Under the pieces are notes generated by a model. It was given only the letters and a program-made list of their open reading frames with translations. It was not told the origin of the DNA and ran no database searches. From Acidobacteriota bacterium (GTDB lineage Bacteria > Acidobacteriota > UBA890 > WLXD01): a stretch of 64,000 nt of DNA. The position numbers were made by a program, and so were the translations under genes. Shown here piece after piece: positions 48,458-57,077 of the stretch (its first letter is position 1; each line of letters opens with the position of its first letter). The stretch lies in NCBI GenBank assembly GCA_963666215.2, contig CAXWPL010000005.1, positions 544,001-608,000 on the forward strand. The letters run 5' to 3'.

Positions 48458-49819
48458 CTAGCGCTGCGCCAGCGCGATCGCCAGCAGCACCGCGCGCTGT
48501 GTGCCGAGATGGGAATCGGTGGTGTCGAACGACTCGCCGAGCGAGTGCGCCCCCATTCCAACCCCGCCGCCGCCGATCGTGATCGACGGAACGCCACGGC
48601 TCATGCCGATGTTCGAGTCGGTTGAGCCGGCGCCTAGCTCGCTTTCCAGACCGAGCGCATCGGCCACCGAGACGGCGGCCAGCACGATTGGCGACGACTC
48701 CTCGGTGCTGCCGGCCGGCCGGTCGCCGACCAGAGTCGGCTCGAGCGAGATCTTGCCGTTGTCGTGCCAGCGGGCGTTCTCCTCGTCGAGCGCCTCCTGC
48801 AACGCCGCCAGGAACTGCTCCTCGAGACGCGCCAGCGGCTCCGGCTTCACCGATCGCATGTCGACCTCCATCCAAGACTCGAAGGCGATCGAGTTGATCG
48901 ACGTGCCACCGCCAATGCGGCCAACGTTGAAGGTCGTCTTGGGATCGGTCGGCACCTGAAATTCCGAGATCTTTGCAATCGACCGGCCCAGCGCGTGGGT
49001 CGGATTCGCCAGGCCGAAGGCGCCGAAGCTGTGGCCACCGGGACCGGTGTAGGCGATCCGGTAGCGTCGCGATCCGACGCCAATGTGGGTCACGTCCAGG
49101 CCGGTGCCGTCGATTGAAACGAACCGATCGATCGGCGCGGCAAGCTCGGTGCTCTGCGTCTCGAACAGATGCTTGACGCCGCGCAGATCGCCCAACCCCT
49201 CTTCGCCCACCGTGCCGACAAACGTGATCATTCCCGGAACTTCGACCTCGGCCGCTGCCATCGCTCGCACCACACCTAGCAACACCGCCAGGCCGCGGCA
49301 GTCGTCTGCAATGCCAGGGCCTTTCAGCACGCTGCCGTCGCGGCTGACGGTGACGTCGGTCTCAGGCGGAAAGACGGTGTCGAGGTGGGCGCTGAACACC
49401 AGGTGGGGGCGCGCAGCGGCACCCGCCCGCTCGCCCAGAACATTACCGACGGCGTCGATGCGGACATTTGCCAGACCCAACTCCCGCAACGACTCGGCGT
49501 AGGCCGCCGCCCGCTCTTCCTCACCGAACGGCGGTGCCGGGATCTCGCACAGGCGGATCTGCTGTTCGACCACCCAGGTTTCTTCATCGCCTGCGAACTG
49601 CACGGCCGAACGCACCGCCGGTGCCGCCATCAGGCGGTCCCCGATCTCGGGCGCCCCTTCCTGTGCCATGGCCGTTCCTGCCGCCCCGGCCACACCCGCC
49701 ACCACAATCGCGACCATCGCGGCCGTCCGCGCCAACGGGGCCGCGGTCGTGAAGGTCGTTTCTACCGTGGAGCCGACCACGAACGGCGCCCCACCTCGGG
49801 TCCGCCGGCGCACAATCAC
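48458..49819 (-). CDS. M20/M25/M40-family metallopeptidase, exported
   Basis: SAHLDTVFP, GPGIADD, GEEGLG, DG, GGHS, STDSN, AHS; signal-like N-terminus. Confidence 0.9.
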   Translation of the reverse strand: MIVRRRTRGGAPFVVGSTVETTFTTAAPLARTAAMVAIVVAGVAGAAGTAMAQEGAPEIGDRLMAAPAVRSAVQFAGDEETWVVEQQIRLCEIPAPPFGEEERAAAYAESLRELGLANVRIDAVGNVLGERAGAAARPHLVFSAHLDTVFPPETDVTVSRDGSVLKGPGIADDCRGLAVLLGVVRAMAAAEVEVPGMITFVGTVGEEGLGDLRGVKHLFETQSTELAAPIDRFVSIDGTGLDVTHIGVGSRRYRIAYTGPGGHSFGAFGLANPTHALGRSIAKISEFQVPTDPKTTFNVGRIGGGTSINSIAFESWMEVDMRSVKPEPLARLEEQFLAALQEALDEENARWHDNGKISLEPTLVGDRPAGSTEESSPIVLAAVSVADALGLESELGAGSTDSNIGMSRGVPSITIGGGGVGMGAHSLGESFDTTDSHLGTQRAVLLAIALAQR

Positions 49820-50319
49820 TCCTCCTCCTTGTCGGACTCGCCTTCCCAGTAGTCAACCCCGTCGTTGCGCAGAATCTGACGGAAGGCCGGCTGGCCCTGG
49901 CCGGGCATCGCACCGCAAAGAACGCCGACCTTGTCGGAGTCGGGGTACTGCGCCACTTCCGGCGACTGCATGGTGCTGATCGCCAGGTACTTGAGCTCGG
50001 CGTCGGAGCTGTTGGTGATCTGCTGCGCCCCCTCGGCCCCGGTCGGGCAACAGATCACGTCGCCTTTGCGCAACGGATGCTCTTCTCCATTGAGCCGCAG
50101 CGTCCCCTCCCCTTCTAGAACAACGAACATCTCCTCGTTCGCGTGGTGCAGGTGATAGGGCCAGGCACACTTGCCGGGCGCCAACCGGACGACGTTGTAG
50201 CCGAGCTTCCGCGCGCCCATCTGCGGCGACATCGACCCGAGCTCGGCCTGGTACCGACCACCCGCGCCCCAATCTCTGTACTCCACGTCGTCGACGTTCA
50301 TCACCGGCTTGCCTGGCAT
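49816..50319 (-). CDS. Cupin-domain protein
   Basis: PYHLHHANEEMFVVLEG...GD...YPDSDK...YWEGE. Confidence 0.9.
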   Translation of the reverse strand: MPGKPVMNVDDVEYRDWGAGGRYQAELGSMSPQMGARKLGYNVVRLAPGKCAWPYHLHHANEEMFVVLEGEGTLRLNGEEHPLRKGDVICCPTGAEGAQQITNSSDAELKYLAISTMQSPEVAQYPDSDKVGVLCGAMPGQGQPAFRQILRNDGVDYWEGESDKEEE

Positions 50320-50611
50320 TTCCTACTCTCCTTGCCCGTGGCCGGGCGTCCTCTTCGTCCTCTTCGAGATCGGTTCACATCGTCACTGGCGCCGCCAGGC
50401 CGGCTGGCCGGCTGGCCACCGTGGCGCCACTTACTCAATCGCGGCACGGAGCTTAACCCACCCCCGGACCACCGAGCCGGGACGTCGAACGGGCGGAACA
50501 CACGACACCACAGCCTCGGGACCCATACCTCGACACCCCCCCAAGTGAGTAACGTGGTGGCCGTTCAAGCCGGCGACTGGGGAGACCGGCAGATAACACA
50601 AGGAGGATACC

Positions 50612-51061
50612 CTGCGGTATCGAAGAATCATCGCGTCCCTCGTTCTCGCGGGGGTCATCTTGCTACCGGCCGGCTTGGCTTACGCGCAAGATCCGGGAAG
50701 CAACGTCTACGAAGTCGAGGTCACGCGATCGGACGACGTTGTCTTCACCGACTGCTTCCGATTCGGCAATAACCCAGTCAACCCGCCGGACAACCCGGTA
50801 AGAGATTTCACCGTCGACGGGCTCGGGGACGGCTTCTGGGGATTCCCCGGTATCACCGTCCAGAACAAGTCGAAGGCTTGGCAGGCCGCGGTGAACAGCG
50901 ACCCGGCGGTCGGCTACTCCGGCAAGGTCAGCAACGACGACCAGACGATCCGCGGCGATGCGATCAACAACGACATCCCGCACCTGACGTTCGTTTTCGA
51001 AGGCGTGCGCAACAACAAGTGCGCGGTGGCGCGCGAAACAACCGTGTTCTGGACCCAATGA
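50612..51061 (+). CDS. Secreted hypothetical protein A (probable CTG start)
   Basis: AGGAGG-N5-CTG gives MRYRRIIASLVLAGVILLPAGLAYA|QDP, a complete signal peptide. Paralogous to the next gene. Confidence 0.72.
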   Translation: MRYRRIIASLVLAGVILLPAGLAYAQDPGSNVYEVEVTRSDDVVFTDCFRFGNNPVNPPDNPVRDFTVDGLGDGFWGFPGITVQNKSKAWQAAVNSDPAVGYSGKVSNDDQTIRGDAINNDIPHLTFVFEGVRNNKCAVARETTVFWTQ

Positions 51062-51081
51062 GAGCGCGCGAGGAGAGCGTC

Positions 51082-51585
51082 ATGAGGAACAGCAACGCGC
51101 AGCGTCACGCCCAACCGTCTCGTCGGCCGACACCTCCGATGGCTACCAAGCGCGCGGCCATCTGCCTGAGCGCAGCGGTCTGTCTCGTGCTAGTCGGCGG
51201 GATCGCCGGCTTCGACGAGACCGAGTCGGCGAACCCGAGGCCCGCCGGCAAGGTCTACAACGCCCGCTTTGGCCGCTCGTTCGGGACCCCTTTCTCCGCC
51301 TGCGTGCGCTTCGCACGCGAGCCCGGGACCGCCAATGTCCAGTCACTCGGCGACATGTCATGGGACTACCGGGCCAACGGCAAGTGGCAGATCATGGAAC
51401 GGTCCCCCGGCAACGGCGGCATCGGGCTGAACATCCACTTCTGGGGTAAGGCAAACGACAACCGCATCAAGGGCCACGCTATCGGCGGAACCCAGGGCAC
51501 CAAGTTCAAGTTCCGTGGCAGGCAGTCCAACAACTGCCGGCCGGCACCCGTGAACCGTGGCAACCCATGGAAAGCTCCTCAGTAG
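51082..51585 (+). CDS. Secreted hypothetical protein B (paralogue of A)
   Basis: Hydrophobic signal AAICLSAAVCLVLVGG; shares VY..RS..F..C.RF / LGD..W / WQ / GK..I.G.AI / F.F.G..N.C with A. Start could be 51058, 51082 or 51139. Confidence 0.7.
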   Translation: MRNSNAQRHAQPSRRPTPPMATKRAAICLSAAVCLVLVGGIAGFDETESANPRPAGKVYNARFGRSFGTPFSACVRFAREPGTANVQSLGDMSWDYRANGKWQIMERSPGNGGIGLNIHFWGKANDNRIKGHAIGGTQGTKFKFRGRQSNNCRPAPVNRGNPWKAPQ

Positions 51586-51699
51586 CGGAACTGCAGCGCC
51601 ACAAGCAACCAGCACGACATCCGTAGGGTCGACGCCAGGGCCGGTTGCGAGGTCAACTTCGTGGCCGGCCTCACGCGCGCCCGTCGTGTCCCGAGACCT

Positions 51700-52992
51700 C
51701 TACTCCGCGAGCCTCCCGTAGCGGCGTAGAACCTCCCGTAGCCGCTCGTGCGGCAGCGCGTAGACGGTGTTGCCATCGCGGCCGGTGATCGTCTCGCCGG
51801 CGACGAGCGCGTTGGTGATCGCCTCCTCGACGGCGAACGCGGTGGCCGAGAAAAGCGGCGAGATTCTGTCGTTTGGCAGCATCTCGAGATTCACGATCTG
51901 TCGCCGATTGGCGGCACCGGGGTTGGCGGTGGAGAACGCGATGAAGATGTCGCCCGACGAGTTGCCGCCCATGCCGCCCATGCGGCCCACACCGATCGGG
52001 ATCCGCCGGGCAATGCGCTCGAGCTGATGAGGCAACAGCGGCGCGTCGGTGGCAACAACAACGATGATCGAGCCGAGCTCGTCGGGCTCGGCGGTCTTCT
52101 CGCCTGATTCGTTGATCCCGGCATTCCCGCCTATCCCGTCTCTCCCGGCTGTTCCCTCCAGGCGCATGAGACTCGCGAGACTCGCCAGGCCGGCGCCCTG
52201 CTGCCCTCGAGTCGCGCGCAGGTCGGTTACGTCCTGCCCTACCGGCGCCCCGGCTACCCGCAGCGTGGCACGACCGCCGTAGTTGGCCTGCACCAGCGCT
52301 CCGAGCGTGTAGGCGTTGCCATCAATCTCGACAATCCGCGAGGCCGTTCCCGTGCCGCATTTGAAACCGTGGCAGCTCATCCCCGTTCCGCCCCCGACGT
52401 TGCCCTCGGCGACCGCCCCGCCCGACGCCCCGTCGAGCGCCTCGAAGACGTGGCGAGGCTTCACGTGGAAGCCGTTGATGTCGTTGAGGAAGCCGTCGTA
52501 CGTCTCGGCCACGACCGGCAGGCCCCAGTAGGCGTCGGCCGAGATCGGATCGAACAGCTCGCGCTGCAACGTCCAGTCGATGACCGCGTCGCGCACCACG
52601 CCCACACTGTGCGTGTTGGTGATCATCACGGGGCCCTCGAGAAAGCCCGACTCGTCGACCCAGGTGGTGCCGGTCATCTCGCCGTTGCCGTTGAGCGAGT
52701 ACCAGGCGGCGAACACCGGGTCGGAGTGTTTGCCGCGCGGCAGGATGGCGGTGACACCCGTGCGTACCGGGCCTTCGCCAACGATCAGAGCGCCTTGGCC
52801 CTCGATCAAGGTCACCAGCCCGACCTCTACACCCGCAACGTCGGTGATCGCGTCGAGAGGCCCGGGCGTCCCCTCGAACGGGATCCCCAAATCACGAGCC
52901 CGGACGACACCTCGCTGCTGGGCCGTCACGCGCAAATGCGGCATACCGAAAGCGATCGCTACCGCGACAATGACCCACACCATGCGCTTCAC
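51700..52992 (-). CDS. DmpA-family (S58/P1) aminopeptidase, exported
   Basis: AITDVAGV, RTGVTAILP, NGNGEMTG, TNTHSVG, PVVAETYDG, EGNVGGGTGM, G|SIIVVVATDAP. GTG 52992 with GAGGAGG RBS. Confidence 0.93.
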   Translation of the reverse strand: MKRMVWVIVAVAIAFGMPHLRVTAQQRGVVRARDLGIPFEGTPGPLDAITDVAGVEVGLVTLIEGQGALIVGEGPVRTGVTAILPRGKHSDPVFAAWYSLNGNGEMTGTTWVDESGFLEGPVMITNTHSVGVVRDAVIDWTLQRELFDPISADAYWGLPVVAETYDGFLNDINGFHVKPRHVFEALDGASGGAVAEGNVGGGTGMSCHGFKCGTGTASRIVEIDGNAYTLGALVQANYGGRATLRVAGAPVGQDVTDLRATRGQQGAGLASLASLMRLEGTAGRDGIGGNAGINESGEKTAEPDELGSIIVVVATDAPLLPHQLERIARRIPIGVGRMGGMGGNSSGDIFIAFSTANPGAANRRQIVNLEMLPNDRISPLFSATAFAVEEAITNALVAGETITGRDGNTVYALPHERLREVLRRYGRLAE

Positions 52993-53184
52993 TGAGGCCT
53001 CCTCGGAAGTCGGGTTTCGGCACCAAGGCACAGCTCGGCGCGCACCGTCGAAAACTGAACCGCGAGCATACCGAATCGGCGAGCAGGTCTCCCAGCAAGA
53101 GCCCTCGCGGCGCCAAGTCTGACTCCAGCCCGTTGCGCGGACGGCTCCAGGTCTCTTGCCCGGGTACCGGCCGCCAGGCTCGTC

Positions 53185-55857
53185 TCAGGAACGCAGCGCG
53201 ATGGCTGGATCTACCCGAGCGGCGCGGCGAGCCGGCAGCCAGCAGGCGAGTAGAAGCGCGGTGCTGAGCAAGACCGTGGCGACGAGGTAGCTGGCAGGCT
53301 GTGTCGGGCTGACCTCATACAACAGCGCCGACATGGCGCGGCTGGCTACCCATGCGAGACCAGCGCCAACGACGACGCCCATCGCCAGCAGCCCACCGCC
53401 GCGACGCAACACATGCATGGCGACAGCTCTTTGCGCAGAACCGAGTGCCATGCGCACACCGATCTCGTGCGTCTGGGCGCGCACCCCGTAGGTCATCACG
53501 CCGTAGACACCCGCCGCCGAGAGCATCAGTGCGAGCCCCGCCAGCGCCCCCAGCAACCACATCGACAGACGATCCGGCGCCACGGTCGAGCCCAGCGACT
53601 CGCTCATGGTCGTGATGCTGTGGACCGGCTGCGTCGGGTCGATCGCCAGGACCTCACGGCGCACGGATTCGGCCAGCTGCATGGGATCCGCGAGGTCGGT
53701 GCGCAGAACAACGTTCATCGTCACGTAGGGAGCCTGCGCATGCGGCCGCAGCGCTTCCGCGATCGGCTCGACCTTCAAACTCCGGCTGCGGGCGTCGGCA
53801 ATCACGCCGACCACCTGGAAGGACAGCTCGCGAGCACGGCCGAAGCCCATGCGCACCTGCTCCCCCACCCCGCCATCTCGCGCCGCGGGCCACGCGGCGC
53901 GAGCCAGCGTCTCGTTGACGATGACAACCGGAGTCGACTCGGTGGTGTCTCTGTCGTCGAACCCGCGGCCACGCAGCAGACGCATTCCCATCGCCTGTGG
54001 GTACCCGACTGTCGCCATGAAGACATCCGCCTCTTGCGCCTCGGGAACGAGCTCCTGGTTGATGGGCGCGAAGGGAACGCTCGGCACGTTGTTGTACGCG
54101 TTCATCGGCAACCCCGACGCCGCGCCGACGGCAAGCACGTTCGGCAGCGCATCCAGCCGTCCGCGAAGCTCGTCGAAGTAGGCCAGCCGTTTCTGCACGG
54201 TGTCGTACTTGCGAGCGTCGGGGAAAACGCGCGCTACGAGCACACCGTCGGGCTCGAAACCGGCGTCAACAACGAGCAGCCGACTCAGACTCTGGACTAC
54301 GAGCAAAGCCATCACGAGAAGAGTGAACGCCGCCGCCACCTGCCCCACAACGAGGCCGCCGTGCAGGCGCCCCCGCCCTCCTTCGCCCGAGCCGGTACGC
54401 GCGCGACCGGGCGCGACCCCTGCCGCTTCGACACCGGCCATCACCGTGATGGCACCCAGAACGGTTGCCGCGGCGACGCCAACAGCAAGCGAGTACAGCA
54501 CCCCTTCGAGGCCGAACGCCACATCGGCGAGGCGTGGGAGATCGCGCGGGGCCAGGCCGAGGACAGCACGCAGCAAGACCGAGCCCAGCGCCGCACCAAC
54601 CAGCGCCCCGCCTATCGACAGGATCGCCGCCTCGAACCACAGCAAGCGTGCCACTCTCCATCGTGAGGCCCCGAGCGCCGCGCGAATCGCCAGCTCCGAT
54701 CGACGTCCAACCCCACGAGCGAGCAGCAGATGCGCCGCGTTGGTCAGCGCAATCAGCAACACGAAGGTGACGGCGGCGTACACCGCCAGGAGCGCGGGAC
54801 GCAGATCGCCGACGAGGTCCATCTTGTACGGCACCACAACCGACGACCAACCACGGTTGGTCTCGTGTTCCGCGGCCAGCCCGGCCATGACGCGATCGAC
54901 GTCAGTCTGCGCCGCCTCGAGGGTCGCTTCCCGCCGCAGTCGTGCGATGACATGCAAGAAACGGTAGCCGCGTGGAACATGGCCGAGCCGCTCGTACGCG
55001 CGGTCGAAATCCCAGGGCACCCAAAGAACGGTGTCGGCGCTGGGTACGGCGAAGCTCGGTGGCATCACGCCCACGATCGTGAGGCTCTGGTCGTCGACGG
55101 TGATTGCCGCGCCAACGGCAGCCTCGTCGCCGCCCAGCTGCCCGCGCCAGAGGGCGTGACTCAGCACAACAACCGGATCGCCGGCGGCCACTTCGGCTGC
55201 GGTGAAAGCCCGGCCGAGCATCGGTGGCTCGGCCATCACCACAAAGAAGTCCGCGGTGACCAGCGCCACGGCCACCTTGGTGGGCCCTGACGAATCCTCC
55301 GGGGAGTCGCTCGACGAGCCGGCGGACCAGCCGCTCATCGTTCGTGGCTCTCCCGCGTACCAGGCGGCAAGGCCCTCGAAGGCTCGACTCCGGGTGCGCA
55401 AATCGACCACGTTGGCCGGGGTCGGGCCACTGCGCTCGATGCCGAGCGATCGATTCTGGTCCCAGACAACGACCAGCCGATCGGCATCCGGGTACGGCAA
55501 CGGCGCCAGCACCACGCCGCGCACGACCGCAAACGCAGCCGACGAGGCGGCGATGCCAAGCGCCAGCACGATGATAACGAACGCACTGGATATGGGCCGA
55601 CGCACAACCGAGCGCACAGCGTGTCGCGCGTCGGCGATTACCGAACCCGACCCACGTCGCAGATGCCACGACAATGCGACCGCATCGACCGGAGCGCCGA
55701 GTGCGCGCAGCAGGGGCCACCCCGAGGCCGATGAGGTGGAGTGAAGCTCGGCGGTCCACTCTCGTAGCCAACCAGCCCGCTGCGACGCCGGCAGCAGCCG
55801 CGCCGAGGCACGAACAAGTGCCAATGCGGCACCATCCTGCCTGCGAAGTCCGCTCAT
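53185..55857 (-). CDS. ADOP-type duplicated ABC permease
   Basis: DARHAVRS, PLPYPDADRLV, ELAIRAALGA, EIGVRMALG, PARRAARVDP; WLREWTAEL prefix. Start ATG 55857. Confidence 0.92.
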   Translation of the reverse strand: MSGLRRQDGAALALVRASARLLPASQRAGWLREWTAELHSTSSASGWPLLRALGAPVDAVALSWHLRRGSGSVIADARHAVRSVVRRPISSAFVIIVLALGIAASSAAFAVVRGVVLAPLPYPDADRLVVVWDQNRSLGIERSGPTPANVVDLRTRSRAFEGLAAWYAGEPRTMSGWSAGSSSDSPEDSSGPTKVAVALVTADFFVVMAEPPMLGRAFTAAEVAAGDPVVVLSHALWRGQLGGDEAAVGAAITVDDQSLTIVGVMPPSFAVPSADTVLWVPWDFDRAYERLGHVPRGYRFLHVIARLRREATLEAAQTDVDRVMAGLAAEHETNRGWSSVVVPYKMDLVGDLRPALLAVYAAVTFVLLIALTNAAHLLLARGVGRRSELAIRAALGASRWRVARLLWFEAAILSIGGALVGAALGSVLLRAVLGLAPRDLPRLADVAFGLEGVLYSLAVGVAAATVLGAITVMAGVEAAGVAPGRARTGSGEGGRGRLHGGLVVGQVAAAFTLLVMALLVVQSLSRLLVVDAGFEPDGVLVARVFPDARKYDTVQKRLAYFDELRGRLDALPNVLAVGAASGLPMNAYNNVPSVPFAPINQELVPEAQEADVFMATVGYPQAMGMRLLRGRGFDDRDTTESTPVVIVNETLARAAWPAARDGGVGEQVRMGFGRARELSFQVVGVIADARSRSLKVEPIAEALRPHAQAPYVTMNVVLRTDLADPMQLAESVRREVLAIDPTQPVHSITTMSESLGSTVAPDRLSMWLLGALAGLALMLSAAGVYGVMTYGVRAQTHEIGVRMALGSAQRAVAMHVLRRGGGLLAMGVVVGAGLAWVASRAMSALLYEVSPTQPASYLVATVLLSTALLLACWLPARRAARVDPAIALRS

Positions 55858-55861
55858 GAGG

Positions 55862-56173
55862 TCACAGCGACCTCGCCGACAAGTCCGGTAGAGCACGCTC
55901 CAGCCCGGGGAACCGCTCCACCACCCGTGCCAGCTCCTCGTCGCCTGCCGCCGTGAGCTCGTAGTACTTGCGCGCAGGACGAGAATCGCTCCGCGCCACA
56001 GCCTCGCTCTCCCAACGAGCACGCACGAAACCCTTGCGCTCCAGCGAGCGCAGCGCCGGATACACGGTGCCACTCGGCAGACCGGTGACATCCATGATCT
56101 CGAAACCGTAGGGCGACCCGGCCGCCAGGGCGCGCAGGATCAGGCTCGAGGAGTACGTCAGGAATTTGGCCAT
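55862..56173 (-). CDS. PadR-family transcriptional regulator
   Basis: YGFEIM...SGTVYPALRSLERKG...RPARKYYELT. Confidence 0.93.
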   Translation of the reverse strand: MAKFLTYSSSLILRALAAGSPYGFEIMDVTGLPSGTVYPALRSLERKGFVRARWESEAVARSDSRPARKYYELTAAGDEELARVVERFPGLERALPDLSARSL

Positions 56174-56180
56174 GCCTTGT

Positions 56181-56209
56181 AATGTAGTTTCCTACATAGG
56201 GTGCGTCAA
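56181..56209 (-). promoter_or_regulatory. Sigma70-type promoter overlapped by a PadR-type operator
   Basis: Minus strand: TTGACG-N17-TACATT, 7 nt before the ATG; dyad ATGTAG-TTTC-CTACAT at 56182-56197. Confidence 0.72.
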
Positions 56210-56267
56210 GAAGTCTGGCCCATGAGGCGACCGAGACCGAGACGAGGCGACCGAGAGCGAGACCGCG

Positions 56268-56999
56268 CTAGGAACCAACTCTCCCTGGCGCCATCCTGGC
56301 CGTACCCTGGGGAGACGCACTCGCCGCGCGGCTCGGCAGCCGCGCCCGGACAATCAGCACGTCAGCCTCGAAGGCGTCCTCCGGACAACCGACGAGCCGG
56401 CGACGGACCTCGGCACTCTCCACGTCGGCGCTCGCCAGGTCGGCGGCGATCTCATCGGCCGTCGCGAGCCGCTCGTTCGGTGAAGGCTTCGAAGCCGGCC
56501 CAGCGGCTCGCGTGATGCCGATGTAGAGAATCGTGCCGCCAGCGGCCAAGGCACGCTCGGCGGCGCGCAACACGGCAGCGCGCGGCTTCGGCTCCATGTG
56601 CAGATAGCCGATGTAGACGAGGTCGTAGGCGTTGGCGTTGGCGGGAGCCCCGGCATCGACGACCGTCCTCGGATCGAAATCAGGGTCGAGTAAATCGGCC
56701 TCGACCGTTCGAACCTCGAGACCGTTCTCGGACGCCAGCCGCCGCAACGTTGCCAGCGCCGCGGGCGCATAGTCGACGGCGATAACCGACCATCCACAAC
56801 TCGCCAGCCACAACGCCTCGGCGCCTTCACCGCACCCGAGATCGAGCGCCCGACCGGGCGGCAGTCCCCGTGCCGTCTCGACGAAGCCAGGATCCGGACG
56901 CGTCGAGGGCCGTGGGTTGCTCGCGTAGTGGTCGTTCCAGTCGTGCATCTCCTCAGATTCACATGCCTCGACCGAGTTGATCGCCGGGGCTCGCTCCAT
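56268..56999 (-). CDS. Class I SAM-dependent methyltransferase
   Basis: WNDHY, PGRALDLGCGEG, VDY, YDLV, LAAGG. Start may be ATG 56948. Confidence 0.88.
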   Translation of the reverse strand: MERAPAINSVEACESEEMHDWNDHYASNPRPSTRPDPGFVETARGLPPGRALDLGCGEGAEALWLASCGWSVIAVDYAPAALATLRRLASENGLEVRTVEADLLDPDFDPRTVVDAGAPANANAYDLVYIGYLHMEPKPRAAVLRAAERALAAGGTILYIGITRAAGPASKPSPNERLATADEIAADLASADVESAEVRRRLVGCPEDAFEADVLIVRARLPSRAASASPQGTARMAPGRVGS

Positions 57000-57077
57000 A
57001 CGCAGTGAGTCGACTCATCAACGGAGACTCACATCCGAGGGCGAGGCGATCGAAGCGACGAAGGATCGCTGCGGCAG

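Noticed and set aside
50426-50560. Imperfect inverted repeat CCACTTACTCA...TGAGTAACGTGG in the divergent spacer
   Set aside because: Short, mismatched and about 100 bp apart; cannot be told from chance without homologues.
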